The notes beneath the pieces are model-generated. The model was not told the DNA's origin, ran no database searches, and saw nothing but the letters and a program-made list of their open reading frames with translations. DNA of 63,627 bases, the filler included, from Pirum gemmata (Eukaryota): the NCBI GenBank assembly GCA_002812295.1. It is 19 parts of 19 records of this genome, joined end to end, with 100 filler letters (N's around TTAATTAATTAA, not from the genome) between each part and the next. Parts side by side here need not be neighbours in the genome. Positions count along the whole stretch, not along the records: positions 47,282 to 50,503 come from PDIN01003182.1; positions 50,604 to 53,741 come from PDIN01003183.1; positions 53,842 to 57,025 come from PDIN01003184.1; positions 57,126 to 60,344 come from PDIN01003185.1; positions 60,445 to 63,627 come from PDIN01003186.1; 14 more parts are not named here. The stretch is one strand, 5' to 3'. Made by a program: the position numbers and the translations under genes. Of this stretch, positions 50,356 to 63,627 are shown one piece after another; the stretch's first letter is position 1, and every line of letters begins with the position of its first letter.

Positions 50356-52883
50356 ATTCAACCAATCAAGGATTAGGGTTTTAAGGTTAGTGTTACAGTG
50401 ATGGTTACGAATGATATTATACTAATTATAAATTTAATTAATAAAAGCTATAGCTACAAGTAAAAACAATAAGTAAAAATTATTATTATTATTATTATTA
50501 TTANNNNNNNNNNNNNNNNNNNNNNNNNNNNNNNNNNNNNNNNNNNNTTAATTAATTAANNNNNNNNNNNNNNNNNNNNNNNNNNNNNNNNNNNNNNNNN
50601 NNNACAAAAAAGCATATGATACATTTAAACTAAAGAACAAAGGGGCTGTATACTCCAAAGCATCTAAGTAGAGAAAAAATGTACTGATTTTTATTTACAA
50701 GTAATTCTACTAGTAATTATACTAACTAAAGAAAAATTGTTACCAAATAAAGAAATATAAGTGCATTATAACTTCGGAAAAAATTTTGGGGTTTCGGACG
50801 GATCCGACTGACCCTCGGAAAAGTCGGACGGATCCGAAAAATTTTTTGTCGGATTGAAAAACATTCGGACGGATCGGAGAACAGAGCAAGTCGGACGGAC
50901 GGAATCGGATTTGATTATTCGTCGGAACGAACCGCTCTGCATGTACATGAGAACTATTTTAAAAAAAGTTTAGTTCTCGAGTTTAGTTCTCATCATAGGT
51001 GATCATCAATTCATCATAGGTCTACATGAGACTACATCGGCTAGCTAGCTAGCTAGTCTTAGCCACTAATAGCCAGTCTATTGAATCAAGTGTATTTTAT
51101 CGATATCATGAATCATGATATTTATATTTATAAAAGATATTATATTTATAAATAAAGTAACATTCATTTTTTTTAAAATGACGCCACTTTTTTTGAAAAT
51201 ACCACTTTTTTCTCCCACTTTTTTTGAAAATAACCTTTTTCTAGATTGCCATTAACCATATAGTACTTCGGTTACATTTTGGTACGTTTATTCCAGTTTT
51301 GAACTAGAAAATCTATTGAAAAACACGATATCATAGAAAAATCTAGTATATTAGTTAGAGCCTAGAGCCTACTAGAGGGTCTACCCAGGACGCAGGCACA
51401 CACTTCACAGTGTTCACACTGTGTTCACACAGTACTGAGACAATCAGGATCTTTTTTTTTTTGATATGATAGCTGTATTTCTCTTTATTTCTCCTGTACG
51501 ATTTAACTATCATAATATAGTCATAATATCATAATTATATATGTCACGTCAAGGGGTGGGTAAGTAGGTGGTATTTGACCGGAAATTAACGTCGAGGGGT
51601 AGGTATATAGGGGTATTTGAAGCTGTATTTGACCAGAAATCGGCGTTACGTATTATTTGAACGGTCCCCTAGCTAATCATTTAGCGTTTGTTCAGTGTTT
51701 GTTCTATAGTACAGTATTAGAGAGCATTCAAATAATACATCACGTCAAGGGGTAGGTAAGTAGGTGGTATTTGACCGGAAATTTACATCGAGGGGTAGGT
51801 AGATAGGGGTATTTGAAGCTGTATTTGACCAGAAATTAGCGTTACGTATTATTTGAAACTGAAAGGTCCCCTGGCTAGCTAGCTAGCTCTAGCTAGGGAC
51901 AGTAGGGTTTATATTAGAACCCAGATTTAGTTCTGAATAACATGTACATATATGGAAAATTACCACATTAAGACAGGAGGGAAAAGAAAAAAGAAAAACC
52001 AGCTCTTGAGATTCTTGAGAAACTTGAGAAGTTGAGTCTGCTGAGACTTCAAAATATCTCAAAATATTAGCTTTTAAAAAAAGTACTAAAAATGGTTAAA
52101 ATGTGGCTAAAATGGCTAAAGTGGATCTATCTTTATTTATAATTTAATTTTTACAAAAAAAACTACCAAAAATTCTGGATACTATTAAAAACCCAAAGAA
52201 AAGAAAACCAACAAGACAGTGGGCGTCGAAAACCCAACCTTTTCAATGTCAATCAAGATAAAACCAAATGACAATCAAATCATTAACTTAAGTATACCAA
52301 AGTATTATGAAACAAACAACAAATTACAACTATAATATAACTACCACTCCTCTTTTTTTTTTAAATAAGGAACAGAAATTATTTCTCTTTGGAAAAAGTT
52401 AAAAAAGACACTAACTGAGTCCTAACTCTCGTAGAGCTAGCTAGCTAGTAGTCTGAGCTACAGCTACAGTGCTACTACTACTCTTCTACTATACCTGTGC
52501 CCCACTACTAGCTAGCTGTTAGCTAGTCACTACTAGCTAGTATCTAGTAGTATAGCTATTTAGTTAGACATTTATTAGACTTTCTATCGATAGAACGTAG
52601 AAACTACGTAGAACCACAAAAAGACGAGCTTTAGAGAACTCTAGCATAAAATGGGGCTGGGCTGCTGCTTTTATGATGTTTTATCAGATATCAAAAACAG
52701 TTCAAAAACTCGGTAGCTAGCTAGATAGATGGATAACACCAATGTCATAAATCATAAAATGAAACATAGAAAATAAGTAAATAAATAGGCTAAATAAATA
52801 GACCTTTTTTTACTCTGGACCTTAGACCTTTTATAATAAATATAGATGTGTATTTGGATAAAATTTAAAAAATGAAAAAATTA

Positions 52884-52915
<32 letters not shown>

Positions 52916-53224
52916 CAATAGTATAATGTGCATTGTGAATTTTGTGCAGACCAGCCAGACAGACTCCAGACAGACTGTGTGATGAAGTTTTGCATTTCAT
53001 AGGGCAATAAAGTATTTTTTTCTTTTTCTTTTTCTTTTCTTATTCTTTTTTTTTTATATCGATATGATATAATTTTAGAATAATAGACCTATATAAGCTC
53101 AAGCTAATATAATTATATATCTATATATGTGGTATTTAATATAAGTGGTAGTCTATAGAGTAAAATGAACTTTTTTAATTTTATTAAATAATGGTTAGAC
53201 TTTTAACCGAAGGTATGATACTAA

Positions 53225-53388
53225 GGGAGCGTTCAAACTTCAAATACTACGTAACACCGATTTCTGGTCAAACACAGCTTCAAATACCCTGTCTACCTAC
53301 CCCTCGACGTTAATTTCCGGTCAAATACCACCTACTTACCTACCCCTTGACGTGACGTACAAACGTGACGTATTATTTGAATGCACCC
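53225..53388 (+). mobile_element. PIF/Harbinger-type MITE family A with TAA TSD
   Basis: TAA|GGGAGCGTTCAAA...TTTGAATGCACCC|TAA. Confidence 0.9.
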
Positions 53389-54289
53389 TAATACTGTACT
53401 ATAGAACAAACGCTAAATGCTTGTTTAATAATTGACCGATCAAGAAAAGGTACATATTCTGTCTGAGTTTATTCTGGGCCTGGACTTGATGCTGGTATAC
53501 AGTATACTGGCATGATATCAAGATTTTTTAAGAGGTACTCCACTAAGTCTCTACACTTCTCTACTACTCTCTAGCTAGCTAGACTAGTAGTAGTATCTAT
53601 TAGCTAGCTACTAACCTGAGTCTAGCTAGCTAGCTAGCTAGAAGTGTTTGCTAGCTCTTGTTCGGAGTTGTTCATCTGAATCATCTCTGGCTAACTAAGA
53701 TACTAGACTATATTGTTTTTTTTTTTTTTTTTTTTTTTTTTNNNNNNNNNNNNNNNNNNNNNNNNNNNNNNNNNNNNNNNNNNNNTTAATTAATTAANNN
53801 NNNNNNNNNNNNNNNNNNNNNNNNNNNNNNNNNNNNNNNNNAATAATAATAATAATAGGAAAAGTAAATAATATTTATAGGGACTTAACGGATGATGTCA
53901 TAATAATTTAATTTTATTTTATTTTTTTATTTTTACCAACATCGATTCAGGTTGAGGAAAAGAGAATGTCCCTCTCAAAATTAAATTACTAATTATTGGG
54001 AGATTAAGAGTAGTTATGACGTCATTTATTGATTACTCTCATACATCCAAAAAGAGTTAGGGTTAGGGTTAGGGTTTGGGTTTGGGTTTGGGTTAGGGTT
54101 AGGGTTTAGTATCATATATTATGTATGAGAATTTATGAGAGGGGGGGTTACTTTTCCTCTGCCTGAAGCGAAGTTAGAAAAAAATATATATTATTATGAC
54201 GTCAATCCGTGCTAGCCCTATTAATTAAGCCCCATTAATTATTTTCATGCTAAAAATAAATAGAAAATACTCGAAAAAAGTACTGTACA

Positions 54290-54522
54290 GGATTGGGAGA
54301 TGAGGGGAAAACCATCGAATCGAGACTAGTTCGAAACTTTCAAAAAATTTCGATCTAATTTTAAGTATTGACTCACTTTTGATTTCATTAAAAAAATTCT
54401 TGAAAACTCTTAGAAATTTCATAGAAAAAACTTGAAACTAGAAAAAAAAGAGTACTATTTCAAAATTTTACTATTTAATAATTAGGATCGAGCTGTTTGA
54501 TTCGAATGTGTTTTCTCCCAGT
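54290..54522. mobile_element. MITE-like element with TGGGAGA...TCTCCCA ends; relatives at ~3810-3860 and ~34650-34790
   Basis: Inverted ends (tgggaga..aaac..tcgaatc) and dispersed similarity. Confidence 0.6.
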
Positions 54523-54950
54523 GGAATACAACCTAAAAATTTTGACAAAATAGGACTTTTAGGAAATTGCCCTTAAAAAATAGGACAATATAGGATAAAA
54601 TAAGACTTTTAGGAAATTGCCCCTTAAAAAATAGGACAATATAGGATAAAATAGGACTTTTTCGAAATTTCTAAAAATTGTCAGTAGTTGTTTTTCAATA
54701 GTGTTGTCCAGTTCAAAAACTGAAATTAAACACTACCAAATTATTATTATGGTTTGACTATCAGAGATGTTTTAACTAATTTGGTATCTTACACTTAAAT
54801 GCTGTACTTATAAACAAGATCAATTATACACTTAAAACAGTACCAAATTAAAGATTGAGAGGATAACTGTAATGAAATAGACGATATCGATACTGTAAAG
54901 TATAAATCAATAGTACCAAATATAAGGACAAAAAAATGGAGAAAAACAAA

Positions 54951-55018
<68 letters not shown>

Positions 55019-55369
55019 GAGAAAAGAACGGTATTATAGTACTAGTGTTATCTGTTGTGTTATTTTCCATTCATTGTTTTCTTTGATAAATGTCAATAAA
55101 TAATGACGCGGAGTAAAAAAAAAAGTAACCTATATCTATATCCATATCTATAGTTATACATCATTATGATGTATAATATATATTATATCAACTGCTTACA
55201 AATTTAACATTATTTGTCACTACATGTTATGAGAGTATAAACACCTAAGTAAGGTGTAAATTATTCTTCTTCTTTGATTATTTTTATTGTTATTATTGTC
55301 TTAATAATAACCCTTATTATAAATATTGTATAATTATTTATTATCATTTATTTTATCATTATTATTATC

Positions 55370-55403
<34 letters not shown>

Positions 55404-55431
55404 ATGTATCATTTGGCAAAATCAAAAAAAA

Positions 55432-56000
55432 TCAACGAGTGGTCAGACGCACTGGTGCATGTTTAACTAGCGAAGGTGCTCGGTTCATTTTCATAGATTG
55501 ATACCGTATGGGAGGTTTTCTAATTTCAGAAAAAGTTGGTTGTTGGTTGTTGGTAATTGAATTTTCTGTTGTTGTTACCATGGCAACAGCAAGTTCTTCT
55601 GCGGCTTCCGTACCCTGGCTCGAACCGGAATTGAATCGTTTTGAATTCGGTTCATCGTTTAGTTTGAATGGGGATCGATCTATTTGCATGCTTCGAGTAC
55701 GGGTGGGAGTATTTTGAGGTAAGGAATTTAAAAACTTTTCTTCTTCCTCACGTTCAGCGAAGTAAGAGTAAAAAAATGGCATTTCGGTTAAAATTAAATA
55801 ATTACGAATTGAAGACATTGAAACTGCTGAGCTTTGTCTTTTCATTGGTACAAGTTGTTTTTCTTGTGGGAGTCGTGGTTGTTGTATATTTTGTGATTGT
55901 GGTGGTTGTGATTGTGATTCTTTGTGTAGAGGTGGTTGCGGTGGTTGTGAATGTTGTTGTGGTGGTGGTGGTGGTAGAGTTGATGACAATGTTGATTCTT

Positions 56001-56041
<41 letters not shown>

Positions 56042-57025
56042 TCAAATTTAGACATCAATCGTTTAACTTTTGAAGAAATCTTTAGAGATTGATATCTCCT
56101 AACTGTTATTCCTATTTGACCACGTGTACGACTCGGTTCTTCCTTAGTTTCACTTACTTTTTTGTCTTTATGTTCCATAATTTGCGTTTTTACGGTTTCT
56201 TCTTTTTCCCTCTCAACCCTGACGTTTTTATGAGGTAAACTTATTTCATGGGTATGTTGACTGTCATTTTTTTCGTCTAATTTTTTTTCTACTTTTATGA
56301 TTCTTTCTGGTGCTAGACTTGATGTTTGTTCTTGTTCTTGTTCTTGTTCTTGTTCTTGTTCTTGTTCTTGTTCTTGTTCTTGTTTTTGTTTTTGTTTTTG
56401 TTCTTGTTCTTGTTTTTGTTCTTGTTCTTGTTCTGATTCTAATTCTAATTCTGGTGTTGGTTCTTTAGGTTCATTAAGAACAATTTTATCTATTCCAACC
56501 CTCTCTTCTGTTATATTTGACTCTTGCTGTTCTTGTTTTCGATCTTGTTCGTGTTCTTGTTCTTGTTCTTGTTCTTCTTGTTCTTTGATTTTCCCTTTAA
56601 CTTGCGCCATTTGCCCAATAGTAATATTGTTATAGCTGTTTTTGTAGTTAATTTTGCTAATATTTTCATCATTTTCCAATTTATTAGTATTACATTCAAG
56701 ATTGTCTTTACTATCATAAACATGGGTGTCTTTTATATGTGTACTTTCAATTTGCCCTGGTTCTTCTTGTTCACACTGACGCTTCGCTTTCTGTGTCCGC
56801 TTGTATTTTGGCAACTTTTTCTTTGAACTAAACGATTTCGATTTATGGAAATCATCTTTATTACTATTACTAAACAACGAAATTTTAGCTTTATTATTGT
56901 ATTGTGCATGGTGCTTTTCTTTTACTATTTTTTCACTTTTCTGGTTCGGAGATAAAGTTCCAGGAGTGGCAGTGGTGATAATTAGGTGATTATCATAATT
57001 ATTATCATAATTATTATTATTATTA
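55432..57025 (-). CDS. 3' part of a low-complexity (E/Q/P-rich, disordered) hypothetical protein
   Basis: Open frame of more than 481 aa with unique segments between the repeats. It appears to continue to the contig edge, so the true start is missing. Confidence 0.65.
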
Positions 57026-57125
57026 NNNNNNNNNNNNNNNNNNNNNNNNNNNNNNNNNNNNNNNNNNNNTTAATTAATTAANNNNNNNNNNNNNNNNNNN
57101 NNNNNNNNNNNNNNNNNNNNNNNNN

Positions 57126-59284
57126 GTTTGGAAGGAGGTGATAATTGGAGTGGCCAAGTTGCTTTACCGGGCGGTAAAAGGTATGCCATTTTCACATCCT
57201 GTATATTATAATTGATGATATTATATAAATATACATAATTGTTTTTAAACTTATTTCTTATAACAATTGCGTAGGGAAATCAGTGATAATGATGACATCC
57301 ACACAGCTATTCGTGAAACTGAGGAAGAAATAGGTTAATTTACACAAAAACTTTTCAATAATGTATGAGTTGGATGGGTTAGATGGGTGTGAGTGTAGGT
57401 GTTGTGGGTACATGAGTGATTGAGGTGGGTACACGGGTGCGTGTGCGTAGTACGTGTAAATGTGTGTTCGGTGGAAGGGCCTGTTGGTGGCTCGCCTGTT
57501 TGTTTGTTTGCTTTTTTGTTCATGTGGGTGGGTGTAGGTGGGTGTGCGTATGAACGTTTGTGTGTGTGTGCGTGTTTGTGTGTATGTGTGTGTGATCAGG
57601 GGCACTTGCTGTATATTTGTGAGCATTTTTTATTTCATTCTTTCTCCTTAATGATTTTATTGCTAATACTGCTTTTTCTTCTAAATTTCTGTATTTAGGT
57701 TTGATATTAGGTGATAAAAAATATCGCAGCTTACAAACTGGTATTTATTCTACAAATTTCGCTTACCTTGGAAGAATTAAGGACCGACAGGTAAAATATT
57801 TCTTTCTGAGCTCTTTCCTTATTATTCTTATTATTTTATTTTTATTACTGTTGTTATTAGTATTGTGTTTTTGTTATTGGTTGGTAAATAACTAAATAAA
57901 AAATTCTTAGGTTTATGGGCGTGGCAAAGCACTACCCGATTTTTCAATGTCAACCATGGTATTCCTCCAAATTGTCGAAAAAACACCACCATTACTTATG
58001 GACCCAAAAGAAGTAGCATCTGGTAACCATCTAGTCTTTTTGTTTGCTTGTTTTTTTTGCTGTTCCATTAATTAAAAAGTAACCTCTAGTATTTTTTATT
58101 TTTTACTCGTTTTTGTTATTGTAAACTAAATTATTGTAGATTATCTTTAAGATGTCTTTGATTTATTGCAGACATGCGTTATTGAATTTGGGATGGTTTA
58201 ATAGTTGGGAGGTTAATGTTGCCTGGTTAATTTCCAATGTAACTTATATGAATAAAATGTTTTGTTTCCTGCTTTTAGATAATATGCGTTTTTCATTTTA
58301 ATTCTAACAAGGGAGGGGGGCATCTATTTACCCAGATCCTTTGCAAGATATCCGTATCATTAGCCTTAATTACAAAATGTTGAATATTGAATGTTGAATG
58401 TTCAATATATATATATATATATATATATATTAGTGATGTGGGTTCCCTTTGATTATCTGAATGGTGAAAATGTAATCTTCCAGAAACAAAATGCATTTCA
58501 AACTGTGTTCTTTTTTCAAACTTTTAAGCTTGCTCGTATTTTTCGTTTGAGTGATACACTGTTTCCCCACCTATCGCTTCACAAAGTACCAATGTTTATT
58601 TATTATCTTAATCTACGTTACATGTTAGCTCAACCGAATACCTCTATTCGTTACTCCTATGGATCTTATTCACTTCCCGTTTGTAATTTTTTTTATGGAG
58701 TCCAGCGCATTATTATTGGTTTTGTTGTTGTTACTATTTTTATATAATATGAAACTAACATTTTTTTTTATTTGCTTGATATCTTTTGTTTCGTCTTATT
58801 AATTTTTATTTATATGTAAACATGTTGTATTTATTGGAAATGCTTTTAGTCGGAAAATACTGATTTATTTGTTTGTAAAGATCATGCGAATGAAGAAAGT
58901 GCCAAAGTATACGATATGTGGGGTATGTTTTATCGTATATTTCTTGTATTTTTTTTTTTTTAAGTGTAATTTGATTTTAAATGCTATGCTATCATTGATT
59001 TCATTAATAATCTAATTTTAAAAATATGAATTACATTATTTAGATCTGTAAGTCTTACCATCAGAATCTTTGGACAAACTTACATTATTTAGTTTTTAAA
59101 GTTTTTTTTGTTTGTTTGTTTGTTTTGGTTGTTATTGTGTTTGTCAGGTCTAACATTTCGTGTGACTGCCGATTTGAAGTCATTAGTTAATGACCACAGT
59201 TTACATGCCCCACAATTTCTTTTCAAAAATCCTGTTGTGAATTTTGTAATAATTGTTACAACTTTTATTTATGGTTTTTTTTAA
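57126..59284 (+). CDS. Multi-exon Nudix hydrolase, CoA-diphosphatase-like (NUDT7/PCD1-related), 5'-partial. Exons: 57126-57180, 57275-57333, 57699-57790, 57911-58022, 58434-(58585 to ~58718, uncertain), 58881-58922, 59148-59284
   Basis: Phase-compatible GT-AG splicing gives DNWSGQVALPGGKR-EISDNDDIHTAIRETEEEIG-L (Nudix box)...YLGRIKDR...VFLQ...DPKEVAS-VMWVPF...MWG-LTFRVTADL. Confidence 0.88.
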
Positions 59285-60089
59285 AATGAGCATGTATGGC
59301 TGTATTTATATTTTTTGTGTCATCATTAACGACTATCTGTATGAAACAAGGAATGTAACAACAATATATATATCCAGATGTGGGCTTTTCGGTATATATA
59401 TATATATATATATATTCTCGTAACGATAATAGTAACTTGATAGTTGTAGTCGTTGTTCATTTGGACAACTAAAACCATTAGCATGGACAACTTAAACGTA
59501 ACGAAATAATGTTGGAAAATTTACAATCTTTCTTTCTTTCTCTTTCTCTTTCTCTTTCTCTTTCTCTTTCTCTTTTTGTTTAGTGAGAACATTAGAGGAA
59601 AGTTTGAAGCATGCCATTTATTTTCTGATCGCTCTAGAAAACTTTATTTTAGAATTTGTTGAAACCACGAAGTGTTCTTGATTCTACTCTAAAATTTCCG
59701 TATGTTAAACCAAAAAACTCTACCAGTGGAGATAGATAGACTAAAAGAGAAAACGTTCGTTTGGAAGAAAGTAGCAAATCAGTTTAGAAAAACTTGCTGA
59801 AATTTCAGTGATTATTTACTAAAATATTATTTAGTAACGCATATAAGAAAATTTCCTACTTTACAGTATCTAGAGGTTTTTATTGGAAATTTAAATCTAT
59901 CATAATAAATTAAGATTCAGTTGGTTGACAAGGTATCTTTATCAGATTTACGATATCCCATCAAATACTTAGGGTTAGGATTAAGATGATAGGGTTAGGA
60001 TCTAAAAGAATGCTACAAAATAACATGCTATAATTATCATAGAATAATCTTAGAATATGGGGAGATATCTTTGGTTGGTAATAAGAATA

Positions 60090-60335
60090 ATTAAAAATAC
60101 CCTGGAACACCCCATAAAATAATACCCCAAAAATAATACCCCGATAAAATAATACCCCGATAAAATATGTTGAAAATAGTATACAGATAGACTATGATAA
60201 ATGACATCACCAATGGCATAAATAGTATACAGATAGACTATGAAAAATGACATCATCAATGACATAATCAACATGTTGAAAATAGACTTTAGATAGACTA
60301 TGAAACAATGACACCATAAATGACGTAATCATCAG
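60090..60335. repeat. Arrays of short direct repeats (aaaataatacccc; agatagactatga.aaatgaca.ca), probably transposon subterminal repeats
   Basis: Three to four copies of each unit. Confidence 0.55.
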
Positions 60336-61379
60336 AATGACGGANNNNNNNNNNNNNNNNNNNNNNNNNNNNNNNNNNNNNNNNNNNNTTAATTAATTAA
60401 NNNNNNNNNNNNNNNNNNNNNNNNNNNNNNNNNNNNNNNNNNNNTAATAATAATAATAATAATAATAATACCTGAAAGGAGTTTTACTATACCACTACTA
60501 AAAAATAAACGAAAAACCAACAAACGAAACATGCTCATAACAAAATAATTAGACCAATAACATTCTCCTGGATATAACGCTAATAGGCATGAATAAAACC
60601 CTGAAGGAGGAAAGCAGCAAAATAAATTTTACCATAAGTACCCAGTAGTGATGAAAATTTGATGTACTATTAGAAAAAGGGTCATTTATTTATTTTTATA
60701 GATTAAGTGACAATTCCAATATATCAGAAAACTTATTTTTTTTGTTAGAAACAACTGAAAATAGTTCAAAAGAAAAAAAACAATATGTTTTTGATATTTT
60801 ATTTGATTTTTTTGGTGGTAATTTAAAACGTTAGATGATGAAGATGAGCTACAAAGAGTGACAAATTTTGATTGTTTAGTAACGTTCCCTGATTTTTCAG
60901 AAAAAAATCTAGAAAATCTAGAAAAGAGTGATATTTTTGAGTTAAAAGTAAGTGTTAAAAGTAGCCAAAGTAATTTGGTTTATGGAATTAAAGAATTTAT
61001 TGTCGCCGAAATTTTAAATTTTCCAAATCTATCATATTTATCAACTATCATAGAAAAAAAAATTTTAAACTTTTTACGGTTTGTTTCGAAGACTAAATTT
61101 TTTTAAAAAACTTTTTACGGTTTGTTTCGATTAAGTCATGTGTACAAATGTAACAAATACAAAAACAAAATACAAGCAAACCCTAGCTAGGACAACAAAA
61201 TTTCTTTTTGTTATTATAATTTATAAATTAAATTATAGTCATTTGTAACAAAGTTTTTCACAGTTTTTATTACAAAACAAACAAACAAATAAAATAAAAT
61301 AAAACAAAAAGTAAAAGCAATCAAACAAACACAACACGACATCAATTCACTTAATAATAAATTAAGCAAAAAAAACAAA

Positions 61380-62330
61380 TTAACATTCCCCATCAACACC
61401 AACATTGAATTCTAAAGTCATTGTTGTCCCAGCTTGTTTATCATTTTCATTTACTGGAAAACTGGACGACAATTCTGATCCTGTGTATTCATTTCCATTT
61501 GAAGAAATGAACCTAACACTTACTTGTGTAACACGATAACCATCCATCATTTCAATTTCATAACGAGCGAACTCACCATTGTAATTGTAATTTACTTTAC
61601 CAAGTGGAATACTTTTTTCTTCGCATGAGGTTGTTAAAGAAAATGTTTGTGACACACATGCAGTTCCTGCAACAACTACACTATCAGTATTACAATTAGA
61701 ACCATAATTCTTTCCCTCGGCAATTCCACATGCTATTTCGCACGCTTGCTCATTACACATGCGAGTTTCGGAATTATATTCTACGCTTGAACAATTTGTA
61801 AATGGTGGCGAGTTACATTTAAGTTCACGGGTTTGTTGCCCACCACCGCACGTAGAATCACATTCACCCCAATTAGTCCAAGAAGCGATATCACAGTATG
61901 GAGTTACCGTGCCTGTTCCTCCGGCATTTATACTACAATGTTCGGTTTTAGGACCAACACGAAACGAGCTAATACTCCACGTGCGAATTCCGGTTATGTG
62001 GTAATTAGAAACCGAACTACCACGATCTTCAGTTTCACAAAAACGGTGAAGGTTGTACCTTGAATCACACGCCGTACCATATGCAAATGATATTTCAGTA
62101 TCTGCCGGCCAACCCTTCAAATTAAATGCCTTCATAGCCGTATTATAACTACCTCCATCCGATCCAATATAACTTAATGCATAACATCCGGGACCAGTTA
62201 CGTTAACTGTTTCACGTCGATTGTTACCAGTAACACCAGAAAATTGAGTAATTGGTGGTATAACACATTCCTGAGATAAGACTGAAGAGATGGCGGAGGC
62301 CATTGCTAGAAAATTATTAAAATGTTTCAT
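61380..62330 (-). CDS. Secreted protein with one thrombospondin type-1 (TSP1) repeat, 316 aa
   Basis: Signal peptide, then SWTNWGECDSTCGGGQQTRELKC...ETRMCNEQAC. Cys-rich flanking domains and no TM helix. Confidence 0.9.
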   Translation of the reverse strand: MKHFNNFLAMASAISSVLSQECVIPPITQFSGVTGNNRRETVNVTGPGCYALSYIGSDGGSYNTAMKAFNLKGWPADTEISFAYGTACDSRYNLHRFCETEDRGSSVSNYHITGIRTWSISSFRVGPKTEHCSINAGGTGTVTPYCDIASWTNWGECDSTCGGGQQTRELKCNSPPFTNCSSVEYNSETRMCNEQACEIACGIAEGKNYGSNCNTDSVVVAGTACVSQTFSLTTSCEEKSIPLGKVNYNYNGEFARYEIEMMDGYRVTQVSVRFISSNGNEYTGSELSSSFPVNENDKQAGTTMTLEFNVGVDGEC

Positions 62331-62415
62331 ATTGAAAAAAAAAATATTTGAAAAATATATTTGAAAAAAAATAATTCAAAAACAAGGGATTATTAGCTGG
62401 ATTATTATATTATTA

Positions 62416-62479
<64 letters not shown>

Positions 62480-62754
62480 TACTATTTTTTTTTTTTCATT
62501 TTTTCTTCCATTTTTTTTTTTATCATATTATTATTATTTTCTGTTTTTTTGGGGGGTCAAAAAAAGCAAATATAAATAAACAACAATAAAAATTTAATAA
62601 TACTTCGCGAACCCCACACGAAAACCAATTGTTTTGTTTTATCAAGGACTTGAAGTCCTTGGTTTTATTTATAAATATGTTTTTGCTATGATAGCCTTCA
62701 AATTATTGACTTTTGTTTTATTTGATATGATAGACTATTTGTTTGTTTGTTTTT

Positions 62755-63490
62755 TTGAATTGAACCATGGGAAGTTCGGATTAAAAACATTAAATTTTGT
62801 CTTTAACTCCTGGGCCACCAGCTCCCATTGTTATTGTTATTGTTATTGTTTGTTATTGTTATTGTTATTGTTATTGTTATTATTATTGTTATTGTTATTG
62901 TTATTGTTATTGTTATTGTTATTGTTACCAGTATTAGTATTAATACATGCTGTATTATTATCAGTATTAGTACATGTTGTATTATTATCAGTTGTATTAT
63001 TATCAGTTGTATTGTTATCAGTTGTATTATTATCAGTATCAGTACATTTTGTATTATTATCAGTATCAGTACAACAAAAAATAAAAATAATTATAATAAT
63101 AAAAAAACAAAACTAAAAATGTACCAACCGTCCCCTATCTGAAATCGAAAGTAAGTGTGTTTTAATTATTGTTATTGTTATTTTTAAAAAATATTACTTA
63201 CTATTTATTATTATTATTATTATGATAAGAAATTTCTTTATTATTAGCTAGAATTTTTTATCAAGATTTAGACTATACTTGGAGTTTTTATTTGAAGAGT
63301 TTTGGCTGTTTTTATTTTTTTGCTGGGTGTAATTATTACAACAGTCTAATACATAGTCCGAACAACAGAGTACACAACATAACAAGTTATAACAATGAGA
63401 ATAAATAACAAATGTGAATTGAACCATTGGAAGTTCGGATTAAAAACATTTGTCTTTAACTCCTGGTCCACCAGCTCCCATTGTTATTGT
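62755..63490. repeat. ~75-bp direct repeat (62755-62830 and 63416-63483), each copy followed by (TTATTG)n
   Basis: tgaattgaaccat.ggaagttcggattaaaaaca...ctcctgg.ccaccagctcccattg occurs twice. Confidence 0.8.
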
Positions 63491-63627
63491 TATTGTTATT
63501 GTTATTGTTATTGTTATTGTTATTGTTATTGTTATTGTTATTGCTATTGTTATTGTTATTGTTATTGTTATTACTATTGTTATTAATATTGTTATTGTTA
63601 TTGTTATTGTTATTGTTATTGTTATTG

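Noticed and set aside
58280..58720. Ion-channel S3-S4-like segment (WVPFDYL...FKLARIFRL)
   Set aside because: The exon splices in phase to Nudix EVAS-VMWVP and lies between Nudix exons.
60090..60335. CRISPR-like repeat-spacer array, also considered at 54550-54665 and 16960-17060
   Set aside because: Units are degenerate tandem repeats without unique constant-length spacers, in a eukaryotic context with no cas genes.
63416..63485. Copine/C2-like exon on the minus strand (WELVDQELKTNVFNPNFQWF)
   Set aside because: Too short and weak, and the second copy is frameshifted. Reported only as a repeat.

Overview
Very AT-rich, microsatellite-rich eukaryotic DNA with GT-AG introns and interstitial TTAGGG repeats. 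The gene mix suggests a unicellular opisthokont-like or other protist, which is inference only. The window is not a contiguous locus. It is 19 unrelated contigs of about 2.9-4.1 kb (mostly about 3.2 kb) joined by 18 artificial 100-nt spacers (Ns-TTAATTAATTAA-Ns), so gene neighbourhoods across spacers mean nothing. Recognisable genes: an intronless ankyrin protein with an 876-nt internal duplication, a TmpA-like membrane flavin oxidoreductase, a secreted TSP1 protein, a small secreted Cys-rich protein, a single-pass membrane protein, a cytochrome b561 exon, a tyrosinase CuB terminal exon with decayed tandem copies, an inositol 5-phosphatase exon, and a multi-exon Nudix hydrolase that the ORF track does not recover as a gene. 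There are pseudogene fragments of histone H3 (as a fold-back palindrome) and of RibB/RIB3. Intergenic DNA holds at least 8 MITE-like families. Most notable: (1) a 424-bp TRIM-like LTR element whose 166-bp LTRs each contain a tRNA-like cloverleaf and whose primer site matches the anticodon arm of inosine-edited tRNA-Ile; (2) a nearby 178-bp element with the same TAATAGAATA termini and a 5-bp TSD; (3) widespread tracts built from a small vocabulary of TA-delimited words that look like accumulated transposon footprints; (4) the histone H3 hairpin.
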